Below are positions 20,221 to 30,459 of a DNA stretch of 64,000 nt, piece by piece. The translations under genes were made by a program, and so were the position numbers. The notes beneath the pieces are model-generated. The model worked only from the letters and a program-made list of their open reading frames with translations, searched no databases and had not been told where the DNA came from. Where the stretch lies: positions 1,472,001 through 1,536,000 of the forward strand of contig OZ220691.1 in NCBI GenBank assembly GCA_965116475.1, read 5' to 3'. Position 1 is the first letter of the stretch. Each line of letters opens with the position of its first letter. This DNA is from Gemmatimonadota bacterium (GTDB taxonomy: Bacteria > Gemmatimonadota > Gemmatimonadetes > Palauibacterales > Palauibacteraceae).

Positions 20221-22578
20221 ATGAACTTCGAGGTGTTCGTCGTCGGGGGGATTCTCCTGGTCGCGGTGGTCCTGTTCGTCACCGAGAAGATCCGGGTCGA
20301 CCTCGTGGCGCTGATGGTGATGCTGGGACTCGTGGTGACCGGCATCCTCGAGGGCGAGGCGGCGATCATGGGCTTCGCCAACGAAGCGGTCATCACCATC
20401 GCTTCGGTCCTCGTCCTGAGCGGCGCGCTCATGCGGACCGGGGTGGCGCATTTCATCGGCCAGCGGGTGCTGGCGGCCTCGGGCGATGGCGTCGGCCGCC
20501 TCATCGCGGTGATGATGGCGACGGTGGGCCTCCTGTCGGGCATCATGAACGACATCGGGATCACCGCGCTCATGCTGCCGGTGGTGCTGGACATGGCCCG
20601 CCGCATCGGGACGCCGCCCTCCAAGCTGCTCATGCCCCTCGCCTTCGGATCCCTGCTCGGCGGGATGACGACCCTCATCGGCACGGCCCCGAACATCCTC
20701 GTGAACGGGGCGTTGCGGGATGCCGGGTTCGAGCCGTTCGGGATGTTCTCGTTCACGCCGGTCGGGTTGACGGCGCTCGCGGTCGGCATCGTCTACATGA
20801 CCTTCCTCGGGCGCCGACTGTTTCCGAACCGCGATCCGAAGCAGGAGTCGACGCCGGCGGATCTCGGTGGGCTTTACGACCTGGGCGGCCTGATCGGCAT
20901 GCTGAAGGCGCCCCGCGATTCGACCCTGGCAGGCAAGACGCTGCAGGAAAGCCGCCTGGGGCAGGCGCTCGGCCTCAACGTGGTCGCCGTGCAACGAAGC
21001 GGGCAGATGATCCTCGCTCCCGGGACGGACTTCGTGCTGAGCGGGGGAGACGAGATGGTCGTCGAAGGGACGCTGGAACGGTTCGAAGCCCTGCGCGCCT
21101 GGAAGCACCTGGAGATCGAGTCGCGCGACCGGACGCTGGAGCGGATTGCCGATGCCTCGCTCGAGGTGGCGGAACTGGAGTTGGGGGAAGACTCGTCGCT
21201 GATCGGGCAGACCCTTCGGGAGGCGAATCTGCGCCGGGCTCGCGGCCTGCACGTCGTCGCGATTCTGCGTGGCGATCGGGTGCACCGCACGGGATTGCGG
21301 CTGATGACGCTCGCTCCGGGGGATCGCCTGCTGGTGGCGACGAAGAGCGGGCGGCTCGCCGCGCTGGAGGAGGACAGGACCCTCGGAGCGGTCCGTTCCG
21401 TGCCGGCAAACGAACTGATTTCCCGCTACCACATGGCGCGCAGGATTCAGAGCGTCAGGATCTCCGAAGAGTCGCTACTCGCCGGTCAACTGCTCGCGGA
21501 GACCCGGCTGGCCGCCGCGTTCGGCCTGACGGTCGTGGGCATCCTGCGGGCCGATGAAGAGCTTCTCATGCCGGACGCGGATACGAGACTCGAGGGAGGG
21601 GACGTTCTCCTGCTCCGGGGACGATTCGAGGATCTCGAGATCCTGGCGGGGCTCCAGGGGTTGACCGTGGGCGACAATCGTCCGCTGGACTTCAGCCGGC
21701 TGGAGTCCGACACGGTCGGGCTGGCGGAGGCGTCGCTGTCCCCGCGCACGACCTTCGCGGGAAAGACGATCGAGGAACTCAATTTCCGCGAGAACTACGG
21801 GGTCTCCATCCTTGCGATCTGGCGGAACGGGGCGATTCACCGGAGCGGGCTGCGGCAAATGGAACTGCTCCCGGGGGACGCGTTCCTGCTGTACGGCGAC
21901 AGGAACAAGCTCGCGCTCCTGGTGGAACACCCGGACTTCCTCGTCATGACCGAGGGAGCGGCGGAGCCGGTGCGAAGCCGGAAGGCTCCGGTCAGCGCTC
22001 TCATCATGGCCGGCGTCCTGACGTCGGTGGTCTCGGGCCTGCTGCCGATCTTCATCGCGGCGCCGATCGGAGCGGTGTTCATGGTGCTGACGGGCTGTCT
22101 CAACATCGAAGAGGCTTATCGGTGCATCGAGTTGAAGGCGGTCGTCCTCATCGCGGGGATGCTCAGCCTGGGACTGGCCATGCAGGAATCCGGAACGGCG
22201 GCGCTGGTGGCCGAGGCGGTGCTGGGATCTCTGGCGGACTTCGGTCCGCTGGCGGTGGTGGCGGGACTCTTCCTGATCACCGCCCTTTCCGCTCAGATGA
22301 TGCCGACGGCCGCGGTGGCGGTCCTGATGTCGCCCATCGCGCTCAGCACGGCCGTGGCTGAGGGGCTCTCGCCGCAGGCGCTGATGATGACGGTGGCGGT
22401 GGCGAGTTCCTGCGCCTTCATGAGCCCGGTGGGACATCCGGTGAACCTGCTGGTGATGGGGTTCGGAGGATACCGGTTCGTCGACTTCATCAAGGCCGGA
22501 TTCCCGCTGCTGGTCCTGGTCATGGCGGTGGTCCTGGCCGTGCTCCCGCTCGTATGGCCGCTGGTGCCGGCAGGCTGA
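20221..22578 (+). CDS. SLC13/CitMHS-family permease with TrkA-C domains
   Basis: Hydrophobic N and C halves, GGMTTLIGTAPN and MSPVGHPVN motifs, repeated central SxLxGxTL (TrkA-C) segments. Confidence 0.92.
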   Translation: MNFEVFVVGGILLVAVVLFVTEKIRVDLVALMVMLGLVVTGILEGEAAIMGFANEAVITIASVLVLSGALMRTGVAHFIGQRVLAASGDGVGRLIAVMMATVGLLSGIMNDIGITALMLPVVLDMARRIGTPPSKLLMPLAFGSLLGGMTTLIGTAPNILVNGALRDAGFEPFGMFSFTPVGLTALAVGIVYMTFLGRRLFPNRDPKQESTPADLGGLYDLGGLIGMLKAPRDSTLAGKTLQESRLGQALGLNVVAVQRSGQMILAPGTDFVLSGGDEMVVEGTLERFEALRAWKHLEIESRDRTLERIADASLEVAELELGEDSSLIGQTLREANLRRARGLHVVAILRGDRVHRTGLRLMTLAPGDRLLVATKSGRLAALEEDRTLGAVRSVPANELISRYHMARRIQSVRISEESLLAGQLLAETRLAAAFGLTVVGILRADEELLMPDADTRLEGGDVLLLRGRFEDLEILAGLQGLTVGDNRPLDFSRLESDTVGLAEASLSPRTTFAGKTIEELNFRENYGVSILAIWRNGAIHRSGLRQMELLPGDAFLLYGDRNKLALLVEHPDFLVMTEGAAEPVRSRKAPVSALIMAGVLTSVVSGLLPIFIAAPIGAVFMVLTGCLNIEEAYRCIELKAVVLIAGMLSLGLAMQESGTAALVAEAVLGSLADFGPLAVVAGLFLITALSAQMMPTAAVAVLMSPIALSTAVAEGLSPQALMMTVAVASSCAFMSPVGHPVNLLVMGFGGYRFVDFIKAGFPLLVLVMAVVLAVLPLVWPLVPAG

Positions 22579-22759
22579 AGCCGAAGCCGGGATGATGGGT
22601 GGTTGAGACTACGGCGGATCCTGGTGTTACGGCTGGTCAGGCTTCGAGGACGTCTTCCCAGGCTCGCGGCTTCGAGCGACCTGGCCGCCTGGACCCTTTA
22701 CAGCCTTAACAGCCTGGAACATCGTCCAGATAGCATGAAGGGACGAAGAGGAGCGGCGC

Positions 22760-23299
22760 ATGTTTTCATGGGTGGAACCAGCCACCTACCTGCTTGCAAT
22801 CGGTATTTTCGTTGGCACCGGCGCGATCGTCTGGTTTCTCTGGCATCACAGCAGGTGGCGGGGTTCCGTCGATACCGACAGGTCGGGCTTCAAGGAGTTC
22901 ATGGCGGAGATCCGGGACGACATCAATAAGATCCTCGAGCGCCTCAGGGGTCTCGAAACACGCCTTGACCTCCACCTTTCCGCCGTTGCGGACTCGCATA
23001 GCCCCATCCGCCTGAATGCGCTCGGCACCAAGGTCTCGGCAGAGATAGGCGCGAAGGATTGGGCAGGCCGGGTCGCGGACGGCCTGCGGGACCGAATTCA
23101 GGAGATGGATGCGTACGAAATACAGGAGTTCTGCTTTGCGTACGTAGAGGCGGTCGAGTACTCGGACGCAGAACGGCGAGCAAACCGAAAAAGCGCCGAC
23201 GAAAACGGTATCGCTACGCACGAGGTGCGTCGTGTGATGGCCCTCGAACTTCGCGACAGGCTGCTCGCTCTCAGCTCCCTCGATCCCCCGGAGGTCTAG
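22760..23299 (+). CDS. Hypothetical protein, N-terminal TM plus short coiled coil
   Basis: 179-aa ORF, GAGGAG upstream, LLAIGIFVGTGAIVWFLW TM segment. Confidence 0.65.
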   Translation: MFSWVEPATYLLAIGIFVGTGAIVWFLWHHSRWRGSVDTDRSGFKEFMAEIRDDINKILERLRGLETRLDLHLSAVADSHSPIRLNALGTKVSAEIGAKDWAGRVADGLRDRIQEMDAYEIQEFCFAYVEAVEYSDAERRANRKSADENGIATHEVRRVMALELRDRLLALSSLDPPEV

Positions 23300-23318
23300 C
23301 AGCCCGTGGCGGCGTGTG

Positions 23319-23440
23319 CTACAAGTCGAGTTCCCGCAGCAGTTGTTCGACGCTCATGTCGTGATGTCGGGCGACGCTCTTCAAGATGCTCGACAGGGTC
23401 TCTGCAGAGCCGCGCGGCTGACGTCGCGCGGCAGCCTCAC
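23319..23440 (-). pseudogene. hicA: hicA-like toxin remnant with central deletion
   Basis: GTG overlapping the upstream stop gives MRLPRDVS; the tail TLSSILKSVARHHDMSVEQLLRELDL is out of frame; the GSH catalytic core is absent. Confidence 0.7.
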
Positions 23441-23658
23441 GCGACCAGGATCTCGTCGCGCACGAAGTGAAGGCGGATGATCCCGGGCTTTGGCATCGTC
23501 TCATCGAAGTAGCAGTCAACTGCCTCTTTGACGTTCCGCCGGATCTCTTCCACCGAGTCGCCCTGGGTGTGGATACCGTAGCCCAGCGCGCTGGCGGAGT
23601 AGCCGCCGTCCATCTCGTCCTCCGTAACTTCGAAGATGATCTCGCTTGCGGACATCAC
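23437..23658 (-). CDS. hicB: HicB-like antitoxin
   Basis: EIIFEVTEDEMDGGYSASALGYGIHTQGDSVEEIRRNVKEAVDCYF matches the HicB fold pattern. Confidence 0.8.
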   Translation of the reverse strand: MMSASEIIFEVTEDEMDGGYSASALGYGIHTQGDSVEEIRRNVKEAVDCYFDETMPKPGIIRLHFVRDEILVA

Positions 23659-23755
23659 ATGCTCCCGTGCCGTGCGGCTTGTGTCGAAACCCGGACTTCA
23701 CGTTCCACGAACAATACCATGCCGAGCCAGCCTACGCCCTGCCGACGCCATCGGT

Positions 23756-24190
23756 TCAGATGCGCTGGTGGTCGGCGCGCCAGTGCTGGACGGCCTGCTT
23801 GATGGAGTCGCGGCTCGTGAGTTCGCCGGTGAGGACCCGGCGTACCAATCCGGGCAGTTCGGCGTCGGAGGCGAAGCGGAGCGCGATGAGCTGGTCCGTC
23901 GTCAGTTGGCCGATTTCGCCCTGCAGGTCGTCGGGCAGGATCCGCTCGAGGCGGAGGCGCTCCTCCAGGCGGATCACCCGGTCCTGAACGCCCGTTGCGA
24001 AGCGCCGTCCGAAGAGGAGGCCTATCGCGGTACAGGCGGCGACGACGAACAGGGCCAGGGTCCCGGCGCTGAAATCCACGACGAGCAGGATTCCGGCGCC
24101 GATCGTGGCGGCCGTTGAGAGAAAGGCGCCCGCGAGGAACAGCAGCGGAGGGCGCCTGGCGTGGTTCGCGTAGTTCTGGGGCTCGGCCAT
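23756..24190 (-). CDS. DUF6526-like membrane protein
   Basis: QNYANH start, two TM segments, QDRVIRLEERLR...QLIALRFASDAEL...IKQAVQHWRADH. Confidence 0.75.
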   Translation of the reverse strand: MAEPQNYANHARRPPLLFLAGAFLSTAATIGAGILLVVDFSAGTLALFVVAACTAIGLLFGRRFATGVQDRVIRLEERLRLERILPDDLQGEIGQLTTDQLIALRFASDAELPGLVRRVLTGELTSRDSIKQAVQHWRADHQRI

Positions 24191-24251
24191 GGCGATTCCG
24201 GATTCGGGGGTGGCGTGGTCGGGCGCTGCGACCGAGACGCCCTGCACGAAC

Positions 24252-24848
24252 CTAGACTGCGCGAGCAATCGCCTCCAGTTGCCGCTGCCGATTTCTTGCG
24301 CGATCGTCGAGCACATCTTCCTTCGCTGCCACGATTGCGCCTCGAACCATGGCGCTCCTGGTGGCTCCTTCCGTTGCGACCGCAACATCGCGTAACCCCA
24401 CAAGAAGCTCCGGCTGTATCCTCAAGCGCAGATCCTTCTTGCACCTCCCCGTCGCCAAGCGGCTCTTGGAGAGCGTGTTCAGCCGACGAGCCATGTCGGT
24501 ATCCGCACAAGCCAACGCGAGGTAGTGTCGAATTACCGCAGGAGCGAACTGCCTGGGCGCCACGCGATAGCGGTCCGCCACGAGATGAAGCACATCGTCG
24601 AGTTCCCGCGGCATCCGGACGCTCATCACCTCCTCTTTCTTCGCCTCCCTCGCTGCTTTCAGCTTCGGCGTCGATTGGGCGGGCACCGTGAGAACTTCTC
24701 CGGTTTCGGCATCCACGCCCACGAGGACGTTCTCGACCGTCACCTTCGACTTCTCGAGTTCGACCGTCCGGTACTCGTAAACGATCTCGACCCGCCCGCG
24801 TTCCGGCGCCAGGGCGTACCCGCGATCTCCTTCTCGCAAGATCTTCAT
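24252..24848 (-). CDS. Putative antitoxin: MqsA-like N-terminus lacking Cys plus RHH-like segments
   Basis: YRTVEL...VENVLVGVDAETGE; MSVRMPRELDDVL; LRLRIQPELL; starts immediately after the toxin-like ORF. Confidence 0.6.
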   Translation of the reverse strand: MKILREGDRGYALAPERGRVEIVYEYRTVELEKSKVTVENVLVGVDAETGEVLTVPAQSTPKLKAAREAKKEEVMSVRMPRELDDVLHLVADRYRVAPRQFAPAVIRHYLALACADTDMARRLNTLSKSRLATGRCKKDLRLRIQPELLVGLRDVAVATEGATRSAMVRGAIVAAKEDVLDDRARNRQRQLEAIARAV

Positions 24849-24849
24849 C

Positions 24850-25170
24850 TCAGTTCCCTGCTCGATGAACGCTTATGAACATCGCTTTCCGGTCGTCCCC
24901 GTCGGCCTCGGGAAAGTAAACCTTGATGTACCAGCGTTCCCCGCGAACCGTTGGCCGAAACGTGTGCACGAGCACGGCTTGATCCCAGTGGTGGGGCGAT
25001 TCCCCGTAGTCTTCAGAACGAGTCCTGAGCACGAGTTCTGCAACCTCGCTCGCATCCACATCGCCAACCGCCAGCAGGTTCTTCTCCGCGAGAGCGTCGC
25101 GAGCCGCGTGCTCGAAGTTCCCTTCGCGGAGGGCCGCCACCACCGTCGCCTTCACCGTACGAAATCCCAT
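24850..25170 (-). CDS. Putative MqsR/RelE-fold toxin
   Basis: 106 aa ending WYIKVYF...MFISVH; toxin-first arrangement. Confidence 0.6.
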   Translation of the reverse strand: MGFRTVKATVVAALREGNFEHAARDALAEKNLLAVGDVDASEVAELVLRTRSEDYGESPHHWDQAVLVHTFRPTVRGERWYIKVYFPEADGDDRKAMFISVHRAGN

Positions 25171-25178
25171 CCGGGATC

Positions 25179-25196
25179 GTACTACAATCGCAGTAC
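25179..25196 (-). promoter_or_regulatory. Palindromic operator candidate over the TA promoter
   Basis: Imperfect palindrome GTACTGCGATTGTAGTAC overlapping a TACGAT -10-like hexamer just upstream of the ATG. Confidence 0.5.
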
Positions 25197-25360
25197 ACAA
25201 TCAAGGAGATCCCTCACGCCTACTCGAGAGCCCCGGGCTACCACGTGCCGAGATTACCACCCTTCCGCCCCGTCTTGCTACGCCTCCTGCAAGCGCTGGC
25301 GATCCGTCGAGCGGGCCGGCTATGGTGTTCTTCAGCGCCGCCTGCCGCCCGGAGGATCCC

Positions 25361-26830
25361 ATGGCCGCCTTGAAGGACTTCGCCTCCCGCCCGCTCCATA
25401 CCGCCGTGGCGGCCGCCGTGCTCCTCGCGACGCTGGGCGCGACCGGCCCGGCCGAGGCTGCCACGGCCATGCAGGAGATCCTCATCAGCGGGGGCACCGT
25501 GGTTACCGCGGAGGGGCGGTTCGACGCGGACGTGCGGGTGCGGGACGGGACCATCGTCGAGATCGGGACCGGGCTGGCCGCGGGGGCCGGCGCGCGCACG
25601 ATCGATGCCACCGGGCTGCGGGTCATGCCGGGCGGGGTGGATCCGCACGTCCACCTGGGGGGACGCACACGCGACGACTACCGCTCCGGGTCGCAGGCGG
25701 CGCTCGCGGGAGGCATCACCACCATCTCGAACTTCGCCTTCCCGGCCGAGGGGCGGACGCTCGCCCAGGCGATCGAGCGCGAGGCGGCGCTCATCCGGGA
25801 GCAGGCGATCGCGGACGTCATCCTGCACGCGGGCATCAACGCCGCCGCCACCCGGGAAGGCGAGATGACCACCCTGGCCGCCGAAACCGGCCAGACCAGC
25901 GCCAAGGTCTTCATGGTGCGGACCGTGTTCGACGCCCAGGTGCCCGACTACCTGGCGACCATGGACGCGGCGGGGCGCGCCGGCATCCTGACGATGATGC
26001 ACTGCGAGGACTGGCCCATCCTCGCCCGCGCGGTGGCGGAACTCACCGCCGCGGGACGCACCTCGCTCGAGTACTTCCCGGACAGCCGGCCCGTGGTGGC
26101 CGAGGTCGTCGCCACCCAGCGCGCGGTCGCCATGGCCGAGGCCACCGGGGCGCCCATCTACGCGGTCCACGTCTCCTCCGCAGGCGCGCTGCGGGTGCTG
26201 CAGGAAGCCCGGGACCGGGAGCTCAGCGCCTTCGTCGAGACCCGCCCCATCTACCTCCACTTCACGCGCGAGCGCTTCGAGGGCCCCGACCGCGGGCTCT
26301 ACGTGGGACAGCCCCCTCTGCGCGAGCAGAGCGACCAGGACGCCCTGTGGGCGGGCATCGCCAGCGGATCGGTGGATGTCGTCGCCACCGACCACGTCGC
26401 CTATCGACGCGACGAGAAGCTGGACCCGTCGCAGACCATCAGCCGCCACCGCGCCGGCCTGAGCAACCTCCAGGTGGTGCGACCGATGCTCTATTCCGAG
26501 GGCGTCGTCCGGGGACGCATCTCCGAGGAGCGCTTCGTGGCCGTGACCTCGACCAACGCCGCCAAGCTCTTCGGCCTCTACCCGCGCAAGGGCACGATCG
26601 CCGTGGGCTCGGACGCCGACATCGTCCTCTGGGACCCGGACGAGACGCGCACGATCCGCGACGAGGACATGCTCTCCGGCGCCGGTTTCTCGGTCTACTC
26701 GGGGTGGGAAGTCACAGGCTGGCCCGTGATGACGCTCCGCCGGGGCGACGTGGTGTACGAGAACGGGGAGATCCTGGCGGGGCCGGGCGGCGGAGAACTG
26801 CTGCGCCGCGGGAGATGGCGGGCGCCGTAG
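25361..26830 (+). CDS. Dihydropyrimidinase/hydantoinase-like amidohydrolase with signal peptide
   Basis: PGGVDPHVH, KVFM, MHCED, VHVS, ATDH, GSDADIVLWDP; GGAGGA RBS; N-terminal AEA-type signal. Confidence 0.9.
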   Translation: MAALKDFASRPLHTAVAAAVLLATLGATGPAEAATAMQEILISGGTVVTAEGRFDADVRVRDGTIVEIGTGLAAGAGARTIDATGLRVMPGGVDPHVHLGGRTRDDYRSGSQAALAGGITTISNFAFPAEGRTLAQAIEREAALIREQAIADVILHAGINAAATREGEMTTLAAETGQTSAKVFMVRTVFDAQVPDYLATMDAAGRAGILTMMHCEDWPILARAVAELTAAGRTSLEYFPDSRPVVAEVVATQRAVAMAEATGAPIYAVHVSSAGALRVLQEARDRELSAFVETRPIYLHFTRERFEGPDRGLYVGQPPLREQSDQDALWAGIASGSVDVVATDHVAYRRDEKLDPSQTISRHRAGLSNLQVVRPMLYSEGVVRGRISEERFVAVTSTNAAKLFGLYPRKGTIAVGSDADIVLWDPDETRTIRDEDMLSGAGFSVYSGWEVTGWPVMTLRRGDVVYENGEILAGPGGGELLRRGRWRAP

Positions 26831-27455
26831 CGCGCAACCCGACTGTCAAGCAACCGCGCAGAAGCGGAAACCGCGGCGCTCCGCCCCGACGTTGCCCTCG
26901 GTATCCGAAGGGGATCGGACAACACCGGAAAGCACTATCAAATAAACCCTTACGAGTCCTCTACAACCACCCAAATCGGGAGCCTGGAAACGGTGCTACG
27001 CTATCGGTCGGAGAGGCCGGCGAGGGTCACAAGATTCGGGTGTAGCAAGATGTTGATGATGCGCAGTTGAGACCGCGGTGGACCTTGGTGTTACAGCCGG
27101 TAAGGCTCCGAGGACATCTGCCCCCGGTGCCGAGACCGTCACCTTTGCAACCAGCATGTCAGGGTCCATGATGAACGCACGATTTCGGGTCACGGCCCCA
27201 GGAAGGCTTCCTGGGATGGCGCTCCGGCGGGTCGAACTGATCGATCTCCCAAGACTTCCTGCTGCCCGACCTCGGGCGCGGGTCGAGCTCTTGCCTGTGC
27301 AGCATGTGGTCATTCGGGCGGCTACGGGGGGGGCAGAGGCGTTGCCAGCGGACGCTCGATGGGGATCCGCGTGCGAATCGAGAGAGGGCACCGCGGGTCA
27401 CGTGGCCGAGCGCCCCCTCGTTCGCTGGCCCTGGTCCCTCGGGTTAGATTCCACC

Positions 27456-29006
27456 ATGCCACCGCTCGCCCTCAAGCCTGATGCCAGCTTCTTTCGGAAG
27501 ATTGCCCTCGGTGCGGTCGGCAGCCGACACGTGGCGCAGGATCTGGAGCGGATGGGACACCAAATCGTCGAGCTCGAACGCGGCGCGATGGACACGAAGC
27601 TCTGGAAAGATGTCAAGCGCAAGCGCGTCCGTATCCCCGACCTCGTTTGCGAGCGGTGCGGGCTTCGCATCGAGAGCCGCGCGAAGACGCGGCCCGAATT
27701 GTCGATGTCCCATAGCTCCGCCGACCATGAGCGCGCGTGGGATTTCGGTATGGTGAACATCGACGTAATCGCCTTCCCGGTGTGCAAGGCAGGCGAAGAC
27801 GAACAGTGGAGCGCCGGTCGGCTGCAGGAGCCGGTCTCCTACTGGCACGAGCGCAACTGGATCCGGTGGCATGCCGAAGGTAGGGTGAACTACGTGCGGG
27901 TCGCTCGGTTCAGGACTGTGTCGCCGGACGGTGCGACGACCAAGGGCGTTACCGAAGGATCGGAGACCAGCGTCACGTGGAAGGCGTGGTTCTCCAGCCG
28001 AGACGGCTTCGTAGAATCGGTCACGGGTCAGAGGATCACGACTGTGCGAGCCAGCGATGGACATCGTTACACTCGCACGGTGCCCGAGGAGCTCCAAATC
28101 ACCGTAGCCCCTGGCGACGAAATCGCGCTCAATCAGATCCTCGCGTCGAGAGTCAGGCCGGAGAACGACGACGACCTGCGCTGCCCCGGTGAGTGGCCCG
28201 AGGGTCACCTTTCGCAGCTTCTGGCGTCCCGCGAGCGGACCCAGCGGTTCACCGGAGTGAAGCTCGCGAGGCTCCGGCAGGACGACGCCGTTGGCACGGC
28301 CGTTGCGAGTCTCGAGCGCGATCATGAAGAGGACATGTACATCCGCTTGGAGGCAGCCGCCTACCTTGTCGCCGTCCGTGACGCGAGCGCGGAGCACCTC
28401 TTCGCACCATACTTGGCGAACCCCGATGAGCAGATCCGGCTCGAGGCCGTGATTTCGTTGGCGGAAGCCGGCACCGAGGAGTGCGTGAGGATGCTGAGCG
28501 CGATCTTGGACGATCACCAGCGCCCGTACTTCGCACGCAGCGCGGCGGCTTGGTCGTTGAGCCGCATCGGCGGTTCGGAAGCGTGCTCACGCCTCGTGAG
28601 AGCGTTCGGGGATGTGGATCAAGACCTCCGCGAAGAGGCTCTCGAGGGCATCATCAGCCTAGACTCGGACGCAGTACCCCTACTCCTTTCGGGGCTGCAG
28701 GAGGTGGATCCGGCGGTCGCGGCGGGATGCGCCGAGGCGCTGCGCCAGCACGGTGCGCTACCGGACGGGACCATCCAAGAGCTGACCGCGCAACTTGCCG
28801 GTGGGAATCCCTCCGTATGGGCCGTTTGGTTGGCCGGTCACCTGCCTAGAGAACGGCTGACGGGGGCGGTTGCGGATCTCCAAGAAACGGCACCGGCACT
28901 CCACTACGCGATTACGCTGCTTTGGTCGTTCGTCGAGAGCTGGATCGCGCGGCGGTGGGAACTGCAGCCGGAAGCGAACTTCCCAGGTACGGATGGTGGA
29001 CGATGA
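27456..29006 (+). CDS. Putative restriction endonuclease (PD-(D/E)XK-like with CxxC) fused to C-terminal HEAT repeats
   Basis: RIPDLVCERCGLRIESRAK; HEAT-like IRLEAAAYL, IRLEAVISL, ARSAAAWSL, LREEALEGI; ATGA-coupled to the methylase. Confidence 0.65.
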   Translation: MPPLALKPDASFFRKIALGAVGSRHVAQDLERMGHQIVELERGAMDTKLWKDVKRKRVRIPDLVCERCGLRIESRAKTRPELSMSHSSADHERAWDFGMVNIDVIAFPVCKAGEDEQWSAGRLQEPVSYWHERNWIRWHAEGRVNYVRVARFRTVSPDGATTKGVTEGSETSVTWKAWFSSRDGFVESVTGQRITTVRASDGHRYTRTVPEELQITVAPGDEIALNQILASRVRPENDDDLRCPGEWPEGHLSQLLASRERTQRFTGVKLARLRQDDAVGTAVASLERDHEEDMYIRLEAAAYLVAVRDASAEHLFAPYLANPDEQIRLEAVISLAEAGTEECVRMLSAILDDHQRPYFARSAAAWSLSRIGGSEACSRLVRAFGDVDQDLREEALEGIISLDSDAVPLLLSGLQEVDPAVAAGCAEALRQHGALPDGTIQELTAQLAGGNPSVWAVWLAGHLPRERLTGAVADLQETAPALHYAITLLWSFVESWIARRWELQPEANFPGTDGGR

Positions 29007-29998
29007 AGCTGGACCTTCCGAGCGAGAAGCAGGTCTATCGGACGCCCCGCGGTCTCCAGCTCTGCGGGGATAGCGCGGAACTCCTCACGCACCTGCCGGA
29101 AAAATCGGTGGACTTGGTCATGACCAGCCCGCCCTTTGCGCTGCTGCGGCAGAAGGCTTACGGCAACAAACGGCAGGACGAGTACGTCGAATGGCTGGGG
29201 CGGTTTGGAGAAGCTGCTCTCCGTGTGCTAAAGGACAGTGGCAGCTTCGTTCTCGACCTCGGCGGAGCCTATAAACGCGGCAAGCCCGTGCGCTCGCTCT
29301 ATAACTACCGTGTCCTGCTGGACTTCTGTGATCGCCTCGGCTACGAGTTGGCAGAAGAGTTCTTCTGGTTCAATCCGTCGAAGCTGCCGTCGCCAATTGA
29401 ATGGGTCAACAAGCGGAAGATCCGAGCCAAGGATTCGGTAAACACGGTCTGGTGGTTTTCGCGTTCGGCAGAGCCGAAGGCGGATGTCACCCGTGTCCTA
29501 GTGCCGTATTCCGAGAGTATGAAAAAGCTGCTCAAGAACCCCGACAAGTACTATCGGCCCACAGTGCGACCTTCCGGGCACGGTATCGCAAAGGCCTTCG
29601 CCAGGGACAACGGCGGCGCGATTCCATCGAACCTGCTCCAGATTCCCAATACGGAGAGCAATTCGAGCTATCTGCGGCTGTGCAAGATGCTGCAGCGAGA
29701 CAGACACCCAGCGAGATTCCCCAGCGCGCTCCCACGGTTCTTTATCCAGTTCCTTACCGATCCAGGAGATGTGGTCGTGGATATCTTCTCTGGCTCGAAC
29801 ACCACGGGCCAAGTCGCGGAAGAACTAGGTCGTCAATGGATCAGTATGGAGCTTAGCCGAGAGTACGCTGCCCTTTCAGCCGTGCGCTTCATGGAAGGTT
29901 GGAGCGATGACGAGGTACGCGCTACCGTCTCTAGGCTCGATGCTGGCGAAATGATCGAGATCGACCTCGGCTTATTGTTCCAAGCGGTGCCGGGGTAA
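29003..29998 (+). CDS. Beta-class N4-cytosine DNA methyltransferase, M.PvuII-like
   Basis: TSPPF, WFNPSKLPSPIEWVNKRKIR, HPARFP and DIFSGSNTTG closely match M.PvuII as recalled. Confidence 0.92.
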   Translation: MKLDLPSEKQVYRTPRGLQLCGDSAELLTHLPEKSVDLVMTSPPFALLRQKAYGNKRQDEYVEWLGRFGEAALRVLKDSGSFVLDLGGAYKRGKPVRSLYNYRVLLDFCDRLGYELAEEFFWFNPSKLPSPIEWVNKRKIRAKDSVNTVWWFSRSAEPKADVTRVLVPYSESMKKLLKNPDKYYRPTVRPSGHGIAKAFARDNGGAIPSNLLQIPNTESNSSYLRLCKMLQRDRHPARFPSALPRFFIQFLTDPGDVVVDIFSGSNTTGQVAEELGRQWISMELSREYAALSAVRFMEGWSDDEVRATVSRLDAGEMIEIDLGLLFQAVPG

Positions 29999-30121
29999 GG
30001 ACCGACCGCACTCTGAAGGTCAGCGATGCAGGGCCTCCCACCCGCAAATGCAGAATCGAGAAGCTGTACGCGGAGCGCGGGTCTGCGGTCTACAGTGATG
30101 TTGGGTGATGGGTTCACGCCC

Positions 30122-30433
30122 CTAGTAGGCTACCTCGGTGTCGACGACATCGACACATGTTTGCGGGCGTGTTGCGCGTGGGGCTGTCTGCCATCCATGG
30201 TGGGGTGCCGATGCCACGCGGCTTAGCTCCAACACACGCATACATCTCCAATTGTCCGCCGGGTTGGTGCTGAGTCCGCTGCCGCTTCCTCCGCCAGACT
30301 GGTAGCTGAGGACGTTCCAAACACCGTTCTTCGTGCCAATCACGTGAGGACACAGGATCCGCCGTTTGCCCAGATAGGTTGCGGAAATGGGTTGTTTGCA
30401 CCTTATCGCATGGCGGATTAGCTGGACAATCAT
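30122..30433 (-). CDS. Stand-alone WYL-like domain protein
   Basis: IRHAI...ISATYLGKRRILCPHVIG...WRCMRV pattern; GGAGAGGAG RBS. Confidence 0.65.
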   Translation of the reverse strand: MIVQLIRHAIRCKQPISATYLGKRRILCPHVIGTKNGVWNVLSYQSGGGSGSGLSTNPADNWRCMRVLELSRVASAPHHGWQTAPRATRPQTCVDVVDTEVAY

Positions 30434-30459
30434 CGTCTCCTCTCCGTGGTCAGGATTGC

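Noticed and set aside
26830..27450. tRNA/att site or N-terminal extension of ORF 27078
   Set aside because: No cloverleaf or matching repeat was found; recognisable protein sequence starts at ATG 27456.
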